32,000 nt of DNA from Mycobacterium leprae TN (GTDB lineage: Bacteria; Actinomycetota; Actinomycetes; Mycobacteriales; Mycobacteriaceae). This document shows positions 31,297-32,000 of the stretch, in pieces. The position numbers were made by a program, and so were the translations under genes. The stretch covers positions 330,001-362,000 of the forward strand of contig NC_002677.1 in the NCBI RefSeq assembly GCF_000195855.1, written 5' to 3'. A model generated the notes under the pieces. That model saw nothing but the letters and a program-made list of their open reading frames with translations. It was not told the DNA's origin and ran no database searches. How positions within the stretch are numbered: position 1 is the stretch's first letter; each line of letters opens with the position of its first letter.

Positions 31297-31977
31297 TTAG
31301 GGCTGCCCGGCGAGTAACCGCACCATCATGCCGTTGCCTTCGGCCAACAGCATCTCGTCGCCGTCGACCAGTTCTGCGGACACAAACGCCTTGCGACCTT
31401 CAGTCCTGGTGACCCGTCCCCGCATCACCAATGGTTCATCGATTGGGGTAATCTTGCGGTAGTCCACGTGCAGAAAAGCCGTTCGGCTGATTGAGCGGCC
31501 TGCAGTATACGAGATCATGCCGAACAAGTGATCAAACACCAAGGGTAGCACACCGCCGTGCACCGCGTGGTTGAACCCGACGTGAAATCGAGTGAAGTAT
31601 CCGGTCATTTCAACACTATCGGGGCCGGATCGGGTCAGTGTCCAGGGCGGCAGCAACAGACTGCCCATGCCGGGCATGTCAGGCACCCGCCCAGCCGGCG
31701 CCTTACCTTCATCGGTGGCAAACGGGCCTAGCAACTCGACCAAGGCCACGGCGCGGTCGGCTGCGGCATACCATACCTCGTCGCTGGGGTCAGCGGACAC
31801 TGCCAGGTCCTGCAAGCGGCGCATAGTTGCCACGAATCGACGAAAACCCACACCAGGGTTAGCCAGTTCGTATTCAGGAAAGCCGCTATAGTGTTCGTGT
31901 TTAGGGCGTTCTGGAGGTAGGTCTTCTGGGCGCAGGGAAGAATAGTAGGTCACCGACGGCTCCTCAATACATCGCAT
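31297..31977 (-). CDS. Hotdog-fold (PaaI-like) thioesterase family protein
   Basis: 226-aa intact ORF. The C-terminal half has the PaaI/4HBT-like pattern: HGGVLPLVFDHLFG, HVDYRKITPIDEPLVMRGRVTRTEGRKAFVSAELVDGDEMLLAEGNGMMV. The N-terminal helical extension is common in actinobacterial members. The exact start is uncertain. Confidence 0.72.
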   Translation of the reverse strand: MRCIEEPSVTYYSSLRPEDLPPERPKHEHYSGFPEYELANPGVGFRRFVATMRRLQDLAVSADPSDEVWYAAADRAVALVELLGPFATDEGKAPAGRVPDMPGMGSLLLPPWTLTRSGPDSVEMTGYFTRFHVGFNHAVHGGVLPLVFDHLFGMISYTAGRSISRTAFLHVDYRKITPIDEPLVMRGRVTRTEGRKAFVSAELVDGDEMLLAEGNGMMVRLLAGQP

Positions 31978-32000
31978 CGCACGATGGTCTGATCCCGTCC

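Overview
The window looks like a mycobacterial genome in advanced reductive decay, of the Mycobacterium leprae type. All homology calls come from reading the translations against remembered protein families; no search was run.

About a dozen intact housekeeping genes sit among at least 20 recognisable pseudogenes:
- mfd (3' part)
- eno, an ftsB-like gene, DUF501 and ppx
- one tRNA
- fgd
- an MBL-fold hydrolase
- a DUF3054 membrane protein
- rhodanese and metZ
- a hotdog-fold thioesterase

The pseudogenes are:
- mazG and an lpqU-like gene
- an MmpL transporter
- an OmpR-type response regulator and histidine kinase pair
- a complete PE-PPE-esx-esx cluster
- an SGNH hydrolase and an FAD monooxygenase
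- IS30-family transposase remnants
- a DUF433/DUF5615 toxin-antitoxin-like remnant
- ackA and pta, fused by a deletion
- an SDR and a glutaryl-CoA-dehydrogenase-like acyl-CoA dehydrogenase
- probable ndhA-like and amino-acid permease remnants

Gene order as I remember it from M. tuberculosis suggests an Rv1020-Rv1040c-like block (1-14.4 kb). It is joined to an inverted Rv0409-Rv0390-like block (20.9-29.3 kb) through about 6.5 kb of decayed, partly low-GC, IS-bearing DNA next to the tRNA.

I see no intact novel system: no CRISPR array, no intact defence, secretion or biosynthetic cluster. The most checkable oddities are:
- A full-length mfd ORF with substitutions at two normally invariant ATPase-motif residues.
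- A 74-nt tRNA that is tRNA-Leu(UAA)-like in every arm but lacks the long variable arm.
- A perfect 25-bp inverted repeat shared by two inverted IS30-like remnants.
- An in-frame pta-ackA deletion fusion.
- A 16-bp tandem duplication that creates a misleading 248-aa ORF.
- Two segments of roughly one-third G+C.
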